Source of the DNA: Gemmatimonadota bacterium
GTDB taxonomy: Bacteria > Gemmatimonadota > Gemmatimonadetes > Palauibacterales > Palauibacteraceae
Assembly (NCBI GenBank): GCA_965116475.1
Contig: OZ220691.1
Location: 1,312,001-1,376,000, forward strand
Reading direction: 5' to 3'
DNA: 64,000 nucleotides
The notes beneath the pieces were generated by a model. The model made no database searches. It saw only the letters and a program-made list of their open reading frames with translations, and had not been told where the DNA came from. This document shows, in pieces, positions 37,945 through 48,200 of this stretch. The stretch's first letter is position 1, and each line of letters begins with the position of its first letter. The position numbers and the translations under genes were made by a program.

Positions 37945-39243
37945 TTACAACCAGATGAATTTCGCGGCGAACACCAGCGCCACCATGAGCAGCATGGGCG
38001 GGCACTCGCGCCACCGGCCCGCGAGCACCTTGATGGCCACATAGGTGATGAAGCCGAGTCCGATTCCATCGGCGATGGAATACGTGAGCGGGATGGCGAT
38101 CGCGGTCACCACCGCCGCGGCGGACTCCGTGATGTCGTCCCATTCCACGTCCTTCAACGCCCGAGTCATGAGGCAGGCGACGTACAGAATCGCCGCCGCG
38201 GTCGCGAACGAAGGGACGGACTCCGCCAGCGGCCGGAGAAACAGGCAGACGAGGAAGAGCCCGGCCACGACGACGGCCGTCAAGCCGGTGCGTCCGCCGG
38301 CGCTCACGCCCGCGGCGCTCTCGATGTAGCTGGTCACCGAGGAGGTCCCGAGCAGCGTGCCGGCGACGGTCCCGGTCGAATCGGCCATGAGGGCACGCTG
38401 GATGCGGGGCAGCCGCCCATCGTCATCGAGGAGGTCGGCCTGGTGCGCGACGCCGATCAGCGTGCCGGCAGTGTCGAAGAGATCGACGATGAGGAAGGTG
38501 AAGATGACCGCGATCATGCCCAGTTGCAGCGCGGCGCCGATGTCGAGCGCGAACAGCGTGGGGGTCGGATCGGGCGGCAGCGACGCGAAGCCGTGCCACT
38601 CCGACACGCCCAGAATCAGGCCGATCGCCGTCGCGCCCAGCATGCCGAGAATCGCCGCGCCGGGGATGCGCCGCGCCGAGAGCGCCGCGATCGCACAGAA
38701 ACCGAGCAGGGCGAGCACCGCCGGCGCCGCCGTCAGCTCGCCCACGGTGAGGAGCGTGGCCGGATTCCCCTCGATGATTCCCGCGTTCCGCAGCGCGATC
38801 ACCCCGAGGAAGATCCCGATGCCGGCCGAGATCGCCATCTTCTGGCCCCGCGGGATCGCGTCGATGATCCAGCGTCGGACCGGGAGCACGCTCAGCGTGA
38901 CGAACAGCGTCCCCGACAGGAACACGGCCCCGAGCGCAACCTCCCAGGGGTACCCCATGCCGAGCACGACGCCGTAGGTGAAGAAGGCGTTCAGCCCCAT
39001 CCCCGGCGCCAGCGCGATGGGGTAGTTCGCGTACAGTCCCATCACGAGCGTGGCGAAGGCCGCCGCAAGGCAGGTCGCGACGAACACCGGGCCGAACGGC
39101 ATCCCGGCCTCGGAGAGGATGGACGGATTGACGAAGGCGATGTAGACCATCGTCAGGAAGGTCGTGACCCCCGCGGTCACCTCCGTCCGCACGTCGGAGC
39201 CGCACTCCGACAACCTGAACCAGCGCTCCAGCTTCCCGGTCAT
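37945..39243 (-). CDS. NCS2 (AzgA-like) purine permease
   Basis: EVTAGVTTFLTM.YI.FVNP, APGMGLNAFF, YIESAAGVSAGGRTGLT. Confidence 0.93.
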   Translation of the reverse strand: MTGKLERWFRLSECGSDVRTEVTAGVTTFLTMVYIAFVNPSILSEAGMPFGPVFVATCLAAAFATLVMGLYANYPIALAPGMGLNAFFTYGVVLGMGYPWEVALGAVFLSGTLFVTLSVLPVRRWIIDAIPRGQKMAISAGIGIFLGVIALRNAGIIEGNPATLLTVGELTAAPAVLALLGFCAIAALSARRIPGAAILGMLGATAIGLILGVSEWHGFASLPPDPTPTLFALDIGAALQLGMIAVIFTFLIVDLFDTAGTLIGVAHQADLLDDDGRLPRIQRALMADSTGTVAGTLLGTSSVTSYIESAAGVSAGGRTGLTAVVVAGLFLVCLFLRPLAESVPSFATAAAILYVACLMTRALKDVEWDDITESAAAVVTAIAIPLTYSIADGIGLGFITYVAIKVLAGRWRECPPMLLMVALVFAAKFIWL

Positions 39244-39290
39244 CGGCTCTCCTCTCCTGCTTTGGTCGGCGCGAGGTCGGACGCCCGCCG

Positions 39291-40832
39291 TCAGTCCGGG
39301 GCCTCCTGGGTCCCCTCGGAGGCTGTCGGCGGGAAACAGGTCGCATAGAGCGCCTCCACCCGCCCCACCTCATCCGGCGTCAATCGTTCGAACTCGCGGG
39401 TGCGCGCCCGCTTCGACAGCGTGCCGCGATTCTGCCGGAGGAACCTGGACAGCAGGTCGATGGTCCGGCCCGGCATGTCCGCGATTTCCTCCTGGACGCG
39501 TCGCGAGAACTCGTCGTACCGCTCCAGATACTCGACTTCGCCGGGAAGATCCCGTGTCACGGTCTCCTCCACGCAGCTATACAGAAACTCTGCCTGGGCC
39601 GTGGCGTCAAAGAACCGGTAGAAGTCACCCGTCTCGTTCAGGACCTCGACGTTGTGTCCACTCGTCGCGCGCCATTCAACCAGGGGCAGGACCCTCGAGG
39701 AGTAGCTCTGGAGAACCTCGCGGTACTCCGAGATCCGTCTGAGCATGGGCACGCTGACCGGAAATACCAGATTCGGCGGATTGTAGCCCGCGCGGGCCAG
39801 GACGTGATGAACCAACCACCGGTGGAGGCGTCCGTTCCCGTCTTCGAAGGGGTGGATGTACACGAACCCGAAAGACAGGGCCGCCGCCAATATGACGGGA
39901 TCGACGGACGTTTCTTCCGCCATCCGGCCATACTCGACCACTCCCTGCATCAGATCCGGCAGGTCTTCCGGGCGTGCACTGATGTGTTCCGGGATCGGGT
40001 GCCGGGTTCGCCGGTCTCGCTCACCGATCCACCCCCCCTCGGTCCGGACTCCGAGTTTGACGAATCTCGGGTCGCCGATCACCAGCGCCTGCAGGCGTTC
40101 CAACTCATCGACATCAAGGTCGCGCTGGCCGGCTTCGCCGATCGCCTGGCCCCAGCGAAGTCCTCGATCCTGCGTCGGCTGCTCACCTTCGATCTGAAAC
40201 GATGCCTGACTGTCTTCGAGGAGCAGAAAGGCCGCGGCGCGCCGGACGATATCCGGGTGGGTCCGTCCAATCGCTTCCCGAGCGTTCTCCCCCAGGCGCA
40301 TATCTACGTAGCGATCAAGTTCAGGGGTCCGTCGGACGAGCGGGCAGAACCGCCTCGTACCGGGCAGGTTATTGCGCACCCGGTGTCGACGTGAGAGGGG
40401 TCCGGTCTCCGATGCGAACTGTCGCTTCGGATCCACGACCGGAACGGCCTTCACCTTCCCGGCGTCGGGAAGATCCAGGCGCGCGTCCAGCAGCCATTCA
40501 TACAGGAACCAGATGCGGCGGGCATAGGCGCCCGTTGGCTTGGCACGCACGATGTGCACGATCTTGCGCGGCTCAATCTGCCTGAAGAGAGCAGCAAGCA
40601 CCCCCAGGCTCACCCCCTCCCATTTCAAGGCGAACTCGAGCTGCCCTCGCAAACTTTCCTCCGGCGCGTGGCTTGGGGAAAGCAGCCGCCACTCGCGTGT
40701 GGAGGCGGGACGATGGCGCTCGGCGATGGCGGCCAGCCGCGGCGGCGGCGGAACTTGAAGGTCGTGCCGGGCCATGAGCGCAGCGTAACCCGCAGGTTGA
40801 CCGGGTTCTGGAGGTCGCCATCGGAAGCTCAT
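39291..40832 (-). CDS. Fic family protein (~510 aa)
   Basis: FVYIHPFEDGNGRLHR; start placed at MSFRW, uncertain. Confidence 0.88.
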   Translation of the reverse strand: MSFRWRPPEPGQPAGYAALMARHDLQVPPPPRLAAIAERHRPASTREWRLLSPSHAPEESLRGQLEFALKWEGVSLGVLAALFRQIEPRKIVHIVRAKPTGAYARRIWFLYEWLLDARLDLPDAGKVKAVPVVDPKRQFASETGPLSRRHRVRNNLPGTRRFCPLVRRTPELDRYVDMRLGENAREAIGRTHPDIVRRAAAFLLLEDSQASFQIEGEQPTQDRGLRWGQAIGEAGQRDLDVDELERLQALVIGDPRFVKLGVRTEGGWIGERDRRTRHPIPEHISARPEDLPDLMQGVVEYGRMAEETSVDPVILAAALSFGFVYIHPFEDGNGRLHRWLVHHVLARAGYNPPNLVFPVSVPMLRRISEYREVLQSYSSRVLPLVEWRATSGHNVEVLNETGDFYRFFDATAQAEFLYSCVEETVTRDLPGEVEYLERYDEFSRRVQEEIADMPGRTIDLLSRFLRQNRGTLSKRARTREFERLTPDEVGRVEALYATCFPPTASEGTQEAPD

Positions 40833-40847
40833 GGGAGAAACCGCATA

Positions 40848-41093
40848 TTCACGGAGTTGCCATTGTCGCAAGAAAACCTTCACTGATCGCCAAAACCTAT
40901 CACGAATCACGTGAAACGCAAGATAATATTCACAATTTTTCCAACGCGGGAGAAAACGATCACGAACCGACCTCAAGGTCATAAACATTTCACAGATTCG
41001 CGAATCGCTTCACAGAGAGCGCTGAACGCCAAGAAACCTTCACGGATTCGCAGATCTCTTCACGGATGAGCGGCAAGCGACAAAAACGCTCAC
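40848..41093. repeat. Phased array of (T/A/C)TCAC sites
   Basis: Sites start at 40848, 40879, 40899, 40929, 40959, 40989, 41009, 41039, 41059, 41089. Confidence 0.8.
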
Positions 41094-41097
41094 CTAA

Positions 41098-44000
41098 TCA
41101 GGCGGGCGGCTCCTCCGGCATGGGGACAAGCGCGTTGGGGTGCGTGAAGTGCAGGCCGACGGCGATCCGGCCGGCCATGCTCGACGCGGCCGCGCGGTAG
41201 ACGTCGGCCTGGATCCGGTAGTCGCGGGCCGCGCGCGGCGCCTGCGCGGTCGTGATGTCGTGCGTCTTGAAGTCGATGACGAGCGCGTCCAGTCCCTCTT
41301 GCAGGCCAAGGGCTCCGGCCAGGCGGGACGGCGCGGTGCCGGGGGCCGGGCCGGGGCCGGTGGCGGGGCCGGCGAGCCGCCGGTACAGGTCGAAGGCGCC
41401 GAACCGCCAGTCCCGTGCGCCGAGCAGGTGCGTGAAGGTGAGTTCCTTCCAGTAGTCGCGGCCCAGTTCGCCCTCCGTGTACCAGGCCCACTCCTCGCTC
41501 GCGGCCACGCGGCGGATCTCCTCCTCCAGTTTCGCGCGGTATTCGCTGCCCGGACGGAGCATGGCCTCGAGTTCGGGCTCGTCCAGCGAACCGATGGTCT
41601 CTTCGACGACGCGGGCGATCTCGGCCTCCGCCTCCAGCCGTTCGAGTACGCCGTGGATGATCTGGCCCCGGACCAGGGCCGGGAGCCCCGCCTCCTCCGC
41701 CGAGGTTTCGGGCGCGAAGTGCCAGGGGGCGAGGGCGCCGTGCCTGTACCGGCGCTCCCATTCTTCCGGATCCTCCTCCAGGAGCATGAGTTCGGTCGCA
41801 GAGCGGGTCCAGCGCAGCGGCGGCTCGGGGAGCGGCTGGATCAGCGCCGCCGCGGCCGCCACATCGTACCGGTCCAGCCACGCCAGCGTCGGCGGACGAC
41901 TCGTCGGCGGGACGGCCGGCGCGCCCACGCCGCTCCGCACTTCGGCTTCCCCCTCGGCGAGCCAGTGGTCGTACCCCTTCGCCCCGCCCGTCGGGCCCAC
42001 GACGATCAGGCGGTCGCGGGCCCGCGTCGCCGCCACGTACAGGAGGCGCGCTTCCTCCGCCGTCGCCTCCAGTTCCTCGCGGCGCAGAATCCGGTTGCCC
42101 CGCGCCCCTCGATCGGACGCCTTGAGGCAGAAGAGAGGCCCGAGGTCGGGGTCGGACCAGTACTCGTTCGTGCGCGGGCTCCAGAGCCGCCGGTCGACGC
42201 CGACCAGGAAGACGACCGGCCACTCCAGCCCCTTCGCCTGGTGGATCGTCGACAGCGTGACGACGTCGTCGTCCTTCGAGTAGAGGGGCGCCTGCGGAAG
42301 CCCGATGTCGCGGCTCGTCGAGCGATCCCACACCTCGAAGAAGGTGGAGAGATCGTGCGCGCGATGGGATTCCGCGAAATGAATGAGACTCTGGAGGTTC
42401 GCGAGGATCTCCTCCGCGCCCTCCATGAGCAGCACATGCAAACGGTACCCGGTGCGCTCGAGCAGTTCCTCGATGACCTCGTCGAGCGCGAGCCGCGGCG
42501 CGAGCTGGCGCAGGTCGTCGAGCACCGCGAGCCCCTCCTCCAGCGCGCGGCGCTCGATGGCCGCCAGTTGCGGGTGATCGGGGGCCTCCGGCCATTGCCC
42601 CTCTTCCAGCCATCGCTTCGCCTGGCGCAGGAGCGGCCCACCGCGCTGCAGCAGGCGGATGCGGGCGATCGTCTCGTCGCGGAGCCCCACGAAGGGCGAG
42701 CGGAGGTAGCCGAACGCGCGGATGTCGTCGCGCTCGTTTCCGAGCAGCCGAAGCGCGTTGAGGACATCGAGGATCTCCTGGCGTTCCCCGAGGTGCGTCA
42801 TGCCGGCGACGAAGTAGGGAATGCCGCAGCGCTTGAGCGCCGTCTCGAAGTGCTCGAGGCCGCCGCGGGCGCGGTAGAGGAGGGCGATGTCGCGGAACGC
42901 CAGCGGTCGAAGTTCGCCCGTGTCGGGATCGCGGATTTCGTCGCGGCCCACGGAAGCAAGGATTCGGGAGGCGATGCGGCCGGCCTCGGATTCGCGGCGC
43001 TCGGCCGCGTTCTTCCCCTCCGCCGGGACCCACTCGACACCGGCCTGCTCGTGATCGTCGACGCCCGCCACGAGGTCCGCGTAGTCGATCCGGCTCGGCA
43101 GCCCCTCCTCGGCGAGGGCGTTTCCGGTCTCGTCCATCGAGACGCGGCCGACGACGTTCACGAAATCGACGATCGGGGGGGCGCTGCGGAAGTTCCGCGG
43201 GAGATCGAGGATCTCGCCTTTCTCGCCGAAGTCGTCGGCCACGGCGTTCCAGACGGAGATGTCGGCGCCGCGGAAGCGGTAGATGCTCTGCTTCGGATCT
43301 CCGACGAGGAAGAGCTGGGGACGCTCCGCGTCGCGCCCGATGGCGAAGGCGATGTCGCGCTGCGTGAAGTCGGTGTCCTGGAACTCGTCGATGATGAGCA
43401 TCCGGTAGCGATCCCGGATGGCGGCGAGCGCGGCGGCGCCGTCGGGGCCGAGCAGAAGATCGGCCGCCCCCAGCACAAGGCTGTCGAAGTCGCGCCGGTT
43501 CTCTTCCTGGAGCCAGGCGTCCCAGCGCGTGCGGGCTTCGAGCCCCAGTTCGACGAGCGCCGAACAGATCGCGAGGGCCTCGTCATCCCTGGCGTCGCTT
43601 TCGGGGAACAGGCGCTTCACCGCAGGCAGGTCGAGGCCGGGGCCTTCGGACGCGAACAGGTCGAGCGTGCCGTCGCTGCCCGGCTGCGGGGCCGCCGGGA
43701 GCCATCCCGCGTAGCGCCGCTCCCGCCACCTCAGGTCACGGAGCACATCCCGGACGTGGTCGATCGCGCCCTTGGAGTGCTGCCAGCCGGTGAGCTTCCA
43801 CCGGCGGAGGATCGCCCGGGCCGCGGCGTCTTGGCCTTCGAGCCTGTCGAGCAGGAGCGTCTTGATGAGTTCGTCCTGCTCGGCCCACGCCTCGTCCTCG
43901 TCGAGGATCTCGAAGGTCGGGTCGATCCCCAGGCGCAGCGCGTGTTCGCGGAGCAGCTCGCCGCAGAAGGAGTGGATGGTGCCGACCGACGCGCGGTCGA

Positions 44001-44304
44001 TCTGCCAGCGCAGTTCGTCCGCGCGCGACGAGGCCTCGATCCGCTTCCGGAGCTGCCGCTTGAGATCGTAGGCCGCCTTCTCCGTGAACGTGATGGCGGC
44101 GATCTCGTCCAGCCGGCAGGGCGTCGCGGGCGGCGCCAGCGGCTCCCCCGTCGCCCCGTTCACGCCGAAGGGGAGGCCGAGCCGCCACATGATCTTCCCG
44201 ACCACGGTGGTCGTCTTGCCCGTCCCGGCGTTGGCGACGAGCAGCGTGTCGTCCTCCGAACGGATCGCGCGCACCTGCTCCGGAGTCCACCGGATCTCAG
44301 CCAC
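41098..44304 (-). CDS. addA: AddA-like UvrD helicase/nuclease
   Basis: ANAGTGKTT, ITFTEKAA, IDEFQDT, VGDPKQSIYRFRGAD, TIHQAKGLEW, LYVAATRARD, C-terminal IDFKT. Confidence 0.9.
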   Translation of the reverse strand: MAEIRWTPEQVRAIRSEDDTLLVANAGTGKTTTVVGKIMWRLGLPFGVNGATGEPLAPPATPCRLDEIAAITFTEKAAYDLKRQLRKRIEASSRADELRWQIDRASVGTIHSFCGELLREHALRLGIDPTFEILDEDEAWAEQDELIKTLLLDRLEGQDAAARAILRRWKLTGWQHSKGAIDHVRDVLRDLRWRERRYAGWLPAAPQPGSDGTLDLFASEGPGLDLPAVKRLFPESDARDDEALAICSALVELGLEARTRWDAWLQEENRRDFDSLVLGAADLLLGPDGAAALAAIRDRYRMLIIDEFQDTDFTQRDIAFAIGRDAERPQLFLVGDPKQSIYRFRGADISVWNAVADDFGEKGEILDLPRNFRSAPPIVDFVNVVGRVSMDETGNALAEEGLPSRIDYADLVAGVDDHEQAGVEWVPAEGKNAAERRESEAGRIASRILASVGRDEIRDPDTGELRPLAFRDIALLYRARGGLEHFETALKRCGIPYFVAGMTHLGERQEILDVLNALRLLGNERDDIRAFGYLRSPFVGLRDETIARIRLLQRGGPLLRQAKRWLEEGQWPEAPDHPQLAAIERRALEEGLAVLDDLRQLAPRLALDEVIEELLERTGYRLHVLLMEGAEEILANLQSLIHFAESHRAHDLSTFFEVWDRSTSRDIGLPQAPLYSKDDDVVTLSTIHQAKGLEWPVVFLVGVDRRLWSPRTNEYWSDPDLGPLFCLKASDRGARGNRILRREELEATAEEARLLYVAATRARDRLIVVGPTGGAKGYDHWLAEGEAEVRSGVGAPAVPPTSRPPTLAWLDRYDVAAAAALIQPLPEPPLRWTRSATELMLLEEDPEEWERRYRHGALAPWHFAPETSAEEAGLPALVRGQIIHGVLERLEAEAEIARVVEETIGSLDEPELEAMLRPGSEYRAKLEEEIRRVAASEEWAWYTEGELGRDYWKELTFTHLLGARDWRFGAFDLYRRLAGPATGPGPAPGTAPSRLAGALGLQEGLDALVIDFKTHDITTAQAPRAARDYRIQADVYRAAASSMAGRIAVGLHFTHPNALVPMPEEPPA

Positions 44305-47300
44305 CGGCAGCCTCCCCGAAGTCGCCGAAGCGGTGGCCCTCGGTGATTCGGGCGTCGTTGCGGCGGATCTCGAGGGCCGGGTCCCAGGGCTTCCAGCCTC
44401 CCTTCCACGAAGCGACCGCCTCGAAGCAGCCGCTCCGGACGCGGCCGGGAATGGAGAGCGCCATGGCGAGGGCCTTCTCGTACCTCGCTTCGCCGAAGTT
44501 CACCTGACCGCCGTTCTTCGGGTTCCCGGGGTTCCGGATCGACCGGTAACGGCCGGAGCGCATCTCGTAGCCGCGGTCGGCCATGACCTGCGCATAGAGG
44601 ACGCCCTGCAGCGCCGTCGCGTCGTCGAACCAGGTCTTGAAGGGGGGCTTCCCGCTCTTGTAGTCGAGCACGTGGTGGACCCCGGTCCCGTGCCCCGTCC
44701 GGTCGACCCGGTCGATGCTGCCGCGAAGGCGAAGGCGAGACGTCTCCCCCCGCACGTCCTCGCCCTCCACGAACGTTCGATCGTCATCATCCCAGCCGAA
44801 CCGCAACTCGGTGTGGACGGGGCGTTCGCCGTCTTCCGCCAGTTGTTCGAGTTCCCAGGCGACGTAGTCGCGCACCCCCGTCACGATCCCTTCGCGGGTC
44901 TGCTCCCAGAGGGCGGTGACCCCGAGCCACTCGCCCTTCTCCGCGCGTTCGGCGCATACCTCCTCGGAGATCTCCGCGAGACGGCGCGCGGCGGGCCCGG
45001 CCAGGGAGGTCGGGAGCCGGTCCATGAATTCGGCGTAGAAGCGCTCGAGGATCTCGTGCGCCACGCTGCCGAAGGTGAGCGGCGTCGTCTCCTCTTCCGC
45101 CTCCTCCACGCCCTCCAGCCTGAGGAGGCGCTCGATGAGGAACGTGAACGGGGATCGCGCGTAGGCTTCGAGCTGGCCGGCGGACCACGGGTAGTCGTCG
45201 TCGAAGCGGCGGTCCAGTTCCCGCAGCACGTCAGGGTCGCGCAGGCGGCCGTTCCACGGGTTCGGGCGAAAGGCCGGGTGCAGGACATCGGCGTCGCTCG
45301 ACGGCGGCGCGGGGAGGAGGAACCCGGGGTAGCGCTCGAGTCCGGGGCCGCGATGGGTCTCGGCCGCGGCCGCCACGATCGCGCGTGCGAGGCGCCCGCG
45401 GCGGGCCGGCGCGACCCGGGGCCGCTCCGTCGAGTCGGGGCTGCCGAGCGTACGGTGGAGCGAAAAGGCGGCCCGCCGATCCGCTTCGGCCGGCGTCACG
45501 GGCTCCCCGACGTCCGAAGGGCGCCGGACTCTGGGCAGCTCGGCGGCGTCCTCGTGAGAGGGGACCATGAGGGACGGCAGGAGCGGCGTGCCGCCGGCGT
45601 CCGTCGTCCGGTAGGCGATCGAGACCGGGCCCGACTGCTGCGTGACGGCGCGCCACAGCGCTCGTTCGCGGCGGAGCGTCTCGTCCCGGTGCGCGACGGG
45701 CAGCCCGAGCGCGGCGAGGCGGCGGCGCTCGCCGTCGGTGAACACGCCCGTGGCGCCCGCCGTACGCGGGAACTCGCCGTCGTTCGCATGCACCACGAAC
45801 GTGTGGGAGAAGGGGACGAGCGCCGCGTCGTGCGCCTCCAGGACCTGCACGCCCTTCTGGCCGGGCGTGGAGAGCACGAGTTCGTTCGCCTGCAGCAGCT
45901 TCTGGACGAGCGCGTGCCAGCCCGCCGGCGAGAGGGGATCGTCGGGGTGGTCGAGGTCCCGCCATTCCCGCAGGAGTCGTTCGAGGAGGAGGATCCCGCG
46001 CTGGTCGGAGCGCACGACCTCCCACCGTTCCTCGGCGGGGTCGCAGACCCGGCGCCTCAGCCGGAAGACGCCGCGGTCTTCCCTGAGGAGCGTCAGCGTG
46101 AGGTCGATCCAGTCCGCCTCGGGGCGGGACGCGCCCAGCGGCTCAAGCACGTCTCGCAGGGCGGCGAAGGCCTCGATGTCCTTCTCGACGCGATCGGCGA
46201 AGAGCCCGCGGCCCCGGATCTCGCGAGCCCCGTCCTCCACGAGGGCGCGGAGTCGCTCCAGATTCTCGCTCCAGGCGTCGAGTCCCACGACGCGGCGGAG
46301 CGCCGCGATGGCGTCGATGCCGCGGAGATCGACGCGCGTGTCGAAGTAGGGGTGCGCGAGGACGGCCCGCAGCGACCGGTAGTCCCAGTTCCGGCCCGCT
46401 CCCCGCAGGATGAGGAGAAGCGCCCTGAGCGCCGGGACTTCGTCCAGCGGCGTCCGGATTCGGGCCGTCGCGGTGACGCCCGCCCGCCGGAGCGCCCGAT
46501 ATGCGCGGTGTGTGTTCTCGCGCCCGGACCTCGCGACCACGGCGACCTGATGCGGTTCGGCGGTGCCCGCCGCGAGAATCTCCTTGACCTGCCGCGCCAC
46601 CCAGGCCATCTCCCGGGCGGCGTCCGGCACCGGCTGCACGGTCACCGGCCCGGCGCCGGCGCCGCCGCCAAAATCGCCGATCACCTCCGTCCGGGCGGCC
46701 AGCGTATCGAAGAACGGATCCGGTTCGGACTCCAGGGGAAGGTAGAGATGGACCTCAACCTCTTCCTGCCGGGAGAGGGCGGCGAGCATGCGGCGGCGCG
46801 TGCGGGGGCTCGCGATGCTGTACACGTGCAACTCCCGCGCGCCGCCGATCGCCGCCGCCAGCCCGCCCGCCTCGATCCTCTCCGCGATGCGGGCGTTCAC
46901 CGAGCGCCTGTCGAGGAATCCCCGCTTTCGGAGGGAATCGAGGTACGCCCGGTAGACCGCCACCGCCCACTCGTTGCGCTGGCGCGCGAAGTCGTCGCCT
47001 CCCAGCCCGGCCAGCGCCCGCTCCAGTTCGTCGGGCTGAACGCCCTCGGGCAGCAGGTCGCCGAACAGCCGGTCCAGCATGTGCCCCCGGATCACGCCGT
47101 CCCCGCGACCCGGCGCCCGCCCCAGGATCCGGCGCCCCAGCCGCGCCGCGTGCCGGCTCACCAGCCGACGTCGCGTGAGGAGGCCGACGGATTTCTCACG
47201 GATGCCGAAGCGGTCGGTCAACTCCCCGAACAGCGTGACCGGGGGATCGAGCCATCCGGGGTGCCCGCATTCGTGCGCGGCCTCGAACAGGAGATCCCGC

Positions 47301-47440
47301 AGGCTCCGGTGGTTGAGCCAGACCCACGCGCGCGCCCCCGTGCCCGCCTCAGCCGGCGAGGCGGCCTCCGCCAGAAACCGGTCGACGCACCCCTCCCACA
47401 GCGGGGCCGCCGCCGGCGCTCGAACTACGTTGAGAGGCAC
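44297..47440 (-). CDS. addB: AddB-like PD-(D/E)XK nuclease
   Basis: Degenerate helicase fold, FGSVAH.ILERF, LRGSIDRVD, LDYKSG, LQ..LY; coupled to addA. Confidence 0.82.
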   Translation of the reverse strand: MPLNVVRAPAAAPLWEGCVDRFLAEAASPAEAGTGARAWVWLNHRSLRDLLFEAAHECGHPGWLDPPVTLFGELTDRFGIREKSVGLLTRRRLVSRHAARLGRRILGRAPGRGDGVIRGHMLDRLFGDLLPEGVQPDELERALAGLGGDDFARQRNEWAVAVYRAYLDSLRKRGFLDRRSVNARIAERIEAGGLAAAIGGARELHVYSIASPRTRRRMLAALSRQEEVEVHLYLPLESEPDPFFDTLAARTEVIGDFGGGAGAGPVTVQPVPDAAREMAWVARQVKEILAAGTAEPHQVAVVARSGRENTHRAYRALRRAGVTATARIRTPLDEVPALRALLLILRGAGRNWDYRSLRAVLAHPYFDTRVDLRGIDAIAALRRVVGLDAWSENLERLRALVEDGAREIRGRGLFADRVEKDIEAFAALRDVLEPLGASRPEADWIDLTLTLLREDRGVFRLRRRVCDPAEERWEVVRSDQRGILLLERLLREWRDLDHPDDPLSPAGWHALVQKLLQANELVLSTPGQKGVQVLEAHDAALVPFSHTFVVHANDGEFPRTAGATGVFTDGERRRLAALGLPVAHRDETLRRERALWRAVTQQSGPVSIAYRTTDAGGTPLLPSLMVPSHEDAAELPRVRRPSDVGEPVTPAEADRRAAFSLHRTLGSPDSTERPRVAPARRGRLARAIVAAAAETHRGPGLERYPGFLLPAPPSSDADVLHPAFRPNPWNGRLRDPDVLRELDRRFDDDYPWSAGQLEAYARSPFTFLIERLLRLEGVEEAEEETTPLTFGSVAHEILERFYAEFMDRLPTSLAGPAARRLAEISEEVCAERAEKGEWLGVTALWEQTREGIVTGVRDYVAWELEQLAEDGERPVHTELRFGWDDDDRTFVEGEDVRGETSRLRLRGSIDRVDRTGHGTGVHHVLDYKSGKPPFKTWFDDATALQGVLYAQVMADRGYEMRSGRYRSIRNPGNPKNGGQVNFGEARYEKALAMALSIPGRVRSGCFEAVASWKGGWKPWDPALEIRRNDARITEGHRFGDFGEAAGG

Positions 47441-47532
47441 GACTCAGATAGCAGACGAATCAATGGTCAACTCCGCAGGGCAGAATCCAGGCCCGATGGT
47501 CGTCGCGGTCACCCTTCGCGTCAAGCTGCCGG

Positions 47533-47571
47533 TTGACGTATCGAACTCGGCGTCAGATATCTATTGTAGAT
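47533..47571 (+). promoter_or_regulatory. mazEF promoter/operator
   Basis: TTGACG at 47533 and palindrome ATCTA-TTG-TAGAT at 47559-47571. Confidence 0.5.
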
Positions 47572-47594
47572 CCCGGAACAGAAGGAGAGATGTC

Positions 47595-47834
47595 ATGGGC
47601 GCGAGTTCTCACGTTGCGAAATGGGGAAGCAGTCTGGCCGTCCGCATCCCGAAGCCGGTTGCCGAACAATGGGGGATCCACGAAGGCTCCCGCATTGAGA
47701 TGGCGCCGCGTGGCGACAGGCTGGTGATGCGGAAGAAGGTCCATGACTTGGCGGAGATGGTGGCGCGAATCACGCCGGAAACGCTGCATTCCGAGGTGGA
47801 TACCGGTCCGGCCGTGGGCGAGGAAGTGTGGTAG
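47595..47834 (+). CDS. mazE: MazE antitoxin
   Basis: VAKWGSSLAVRIPK...ITPETLHSEVDTGPAVGEEVW; GGAG RBS. Confidence 0.92.
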   Translation: MGASSHVAKWGSSLAVRIPKPVAEQWGIHEGSRIEMAPRGDRLVMRKKVHDLAEMVARITPETLHSEVDTGPAVGEEVW

Positions 47835-48175
47835 AAGGTTCTCACGTCCCGGACGGCGGCGATATCGTATGGCTGGCGTTCAACCCGCAAACCGGACACG
47901 AGCAGGCTGGGCGCCGGCCGGCGCTCGTCCTCAGCCCTCGCGCCTACAACGGGAAGTCCGGCTTGGCGCTCGTTTGTCCGATCACATCGAAGGCAAAGGG
48001 TTACCCTTTTGAGGTCGCGCTCCCAGCCAAGGGTCGCGTGACAGGCGTGGTCCTGGCGGACCAGATCAAGAGCCTGGACTGGCGAGCCCGGCGGGCGGCC
48101 TTCGCAGACAGAACGTCGGCTTCAGTGCTGCGCGAGGTACTGGACAAACTGGAGATCCTGCTCGGGCGGCGCTGA
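47828..48175 (+). CDS. mazF: MazF endoribonuclease toxin
   Basis: GDIVWL.FNPQ.GHEQAGRRPALVLSP, CPITS..KGYPFEV, DQIKSLDW.AR. Confidence 0.95.
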   Translation: MVEGSHVPDGGDIVWLAFNPQTGHEQAGRRPALVLSPRAYNGKSGLALVCPITSKAKGYPFEVALPAKGRVTGVVLADQIKSLDWRARRAAFADRTSASVLREVLDKLEILLGRR

Positions 48176-48200
48176 CCCGCAGCATCGTTCGTTACGCGGA

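Noticed and set aside
40902..40917. parS-like CGAATCACGTGAAACG
   Set aside because: 12/16 match with a broken left arm; better explained as part of the TCAC array
40833..40988. N-terminal extension of the Fic ORF to 40988
   Set aside because: Runs through the AT-rich phased array and has atypical composition; likely non-coding
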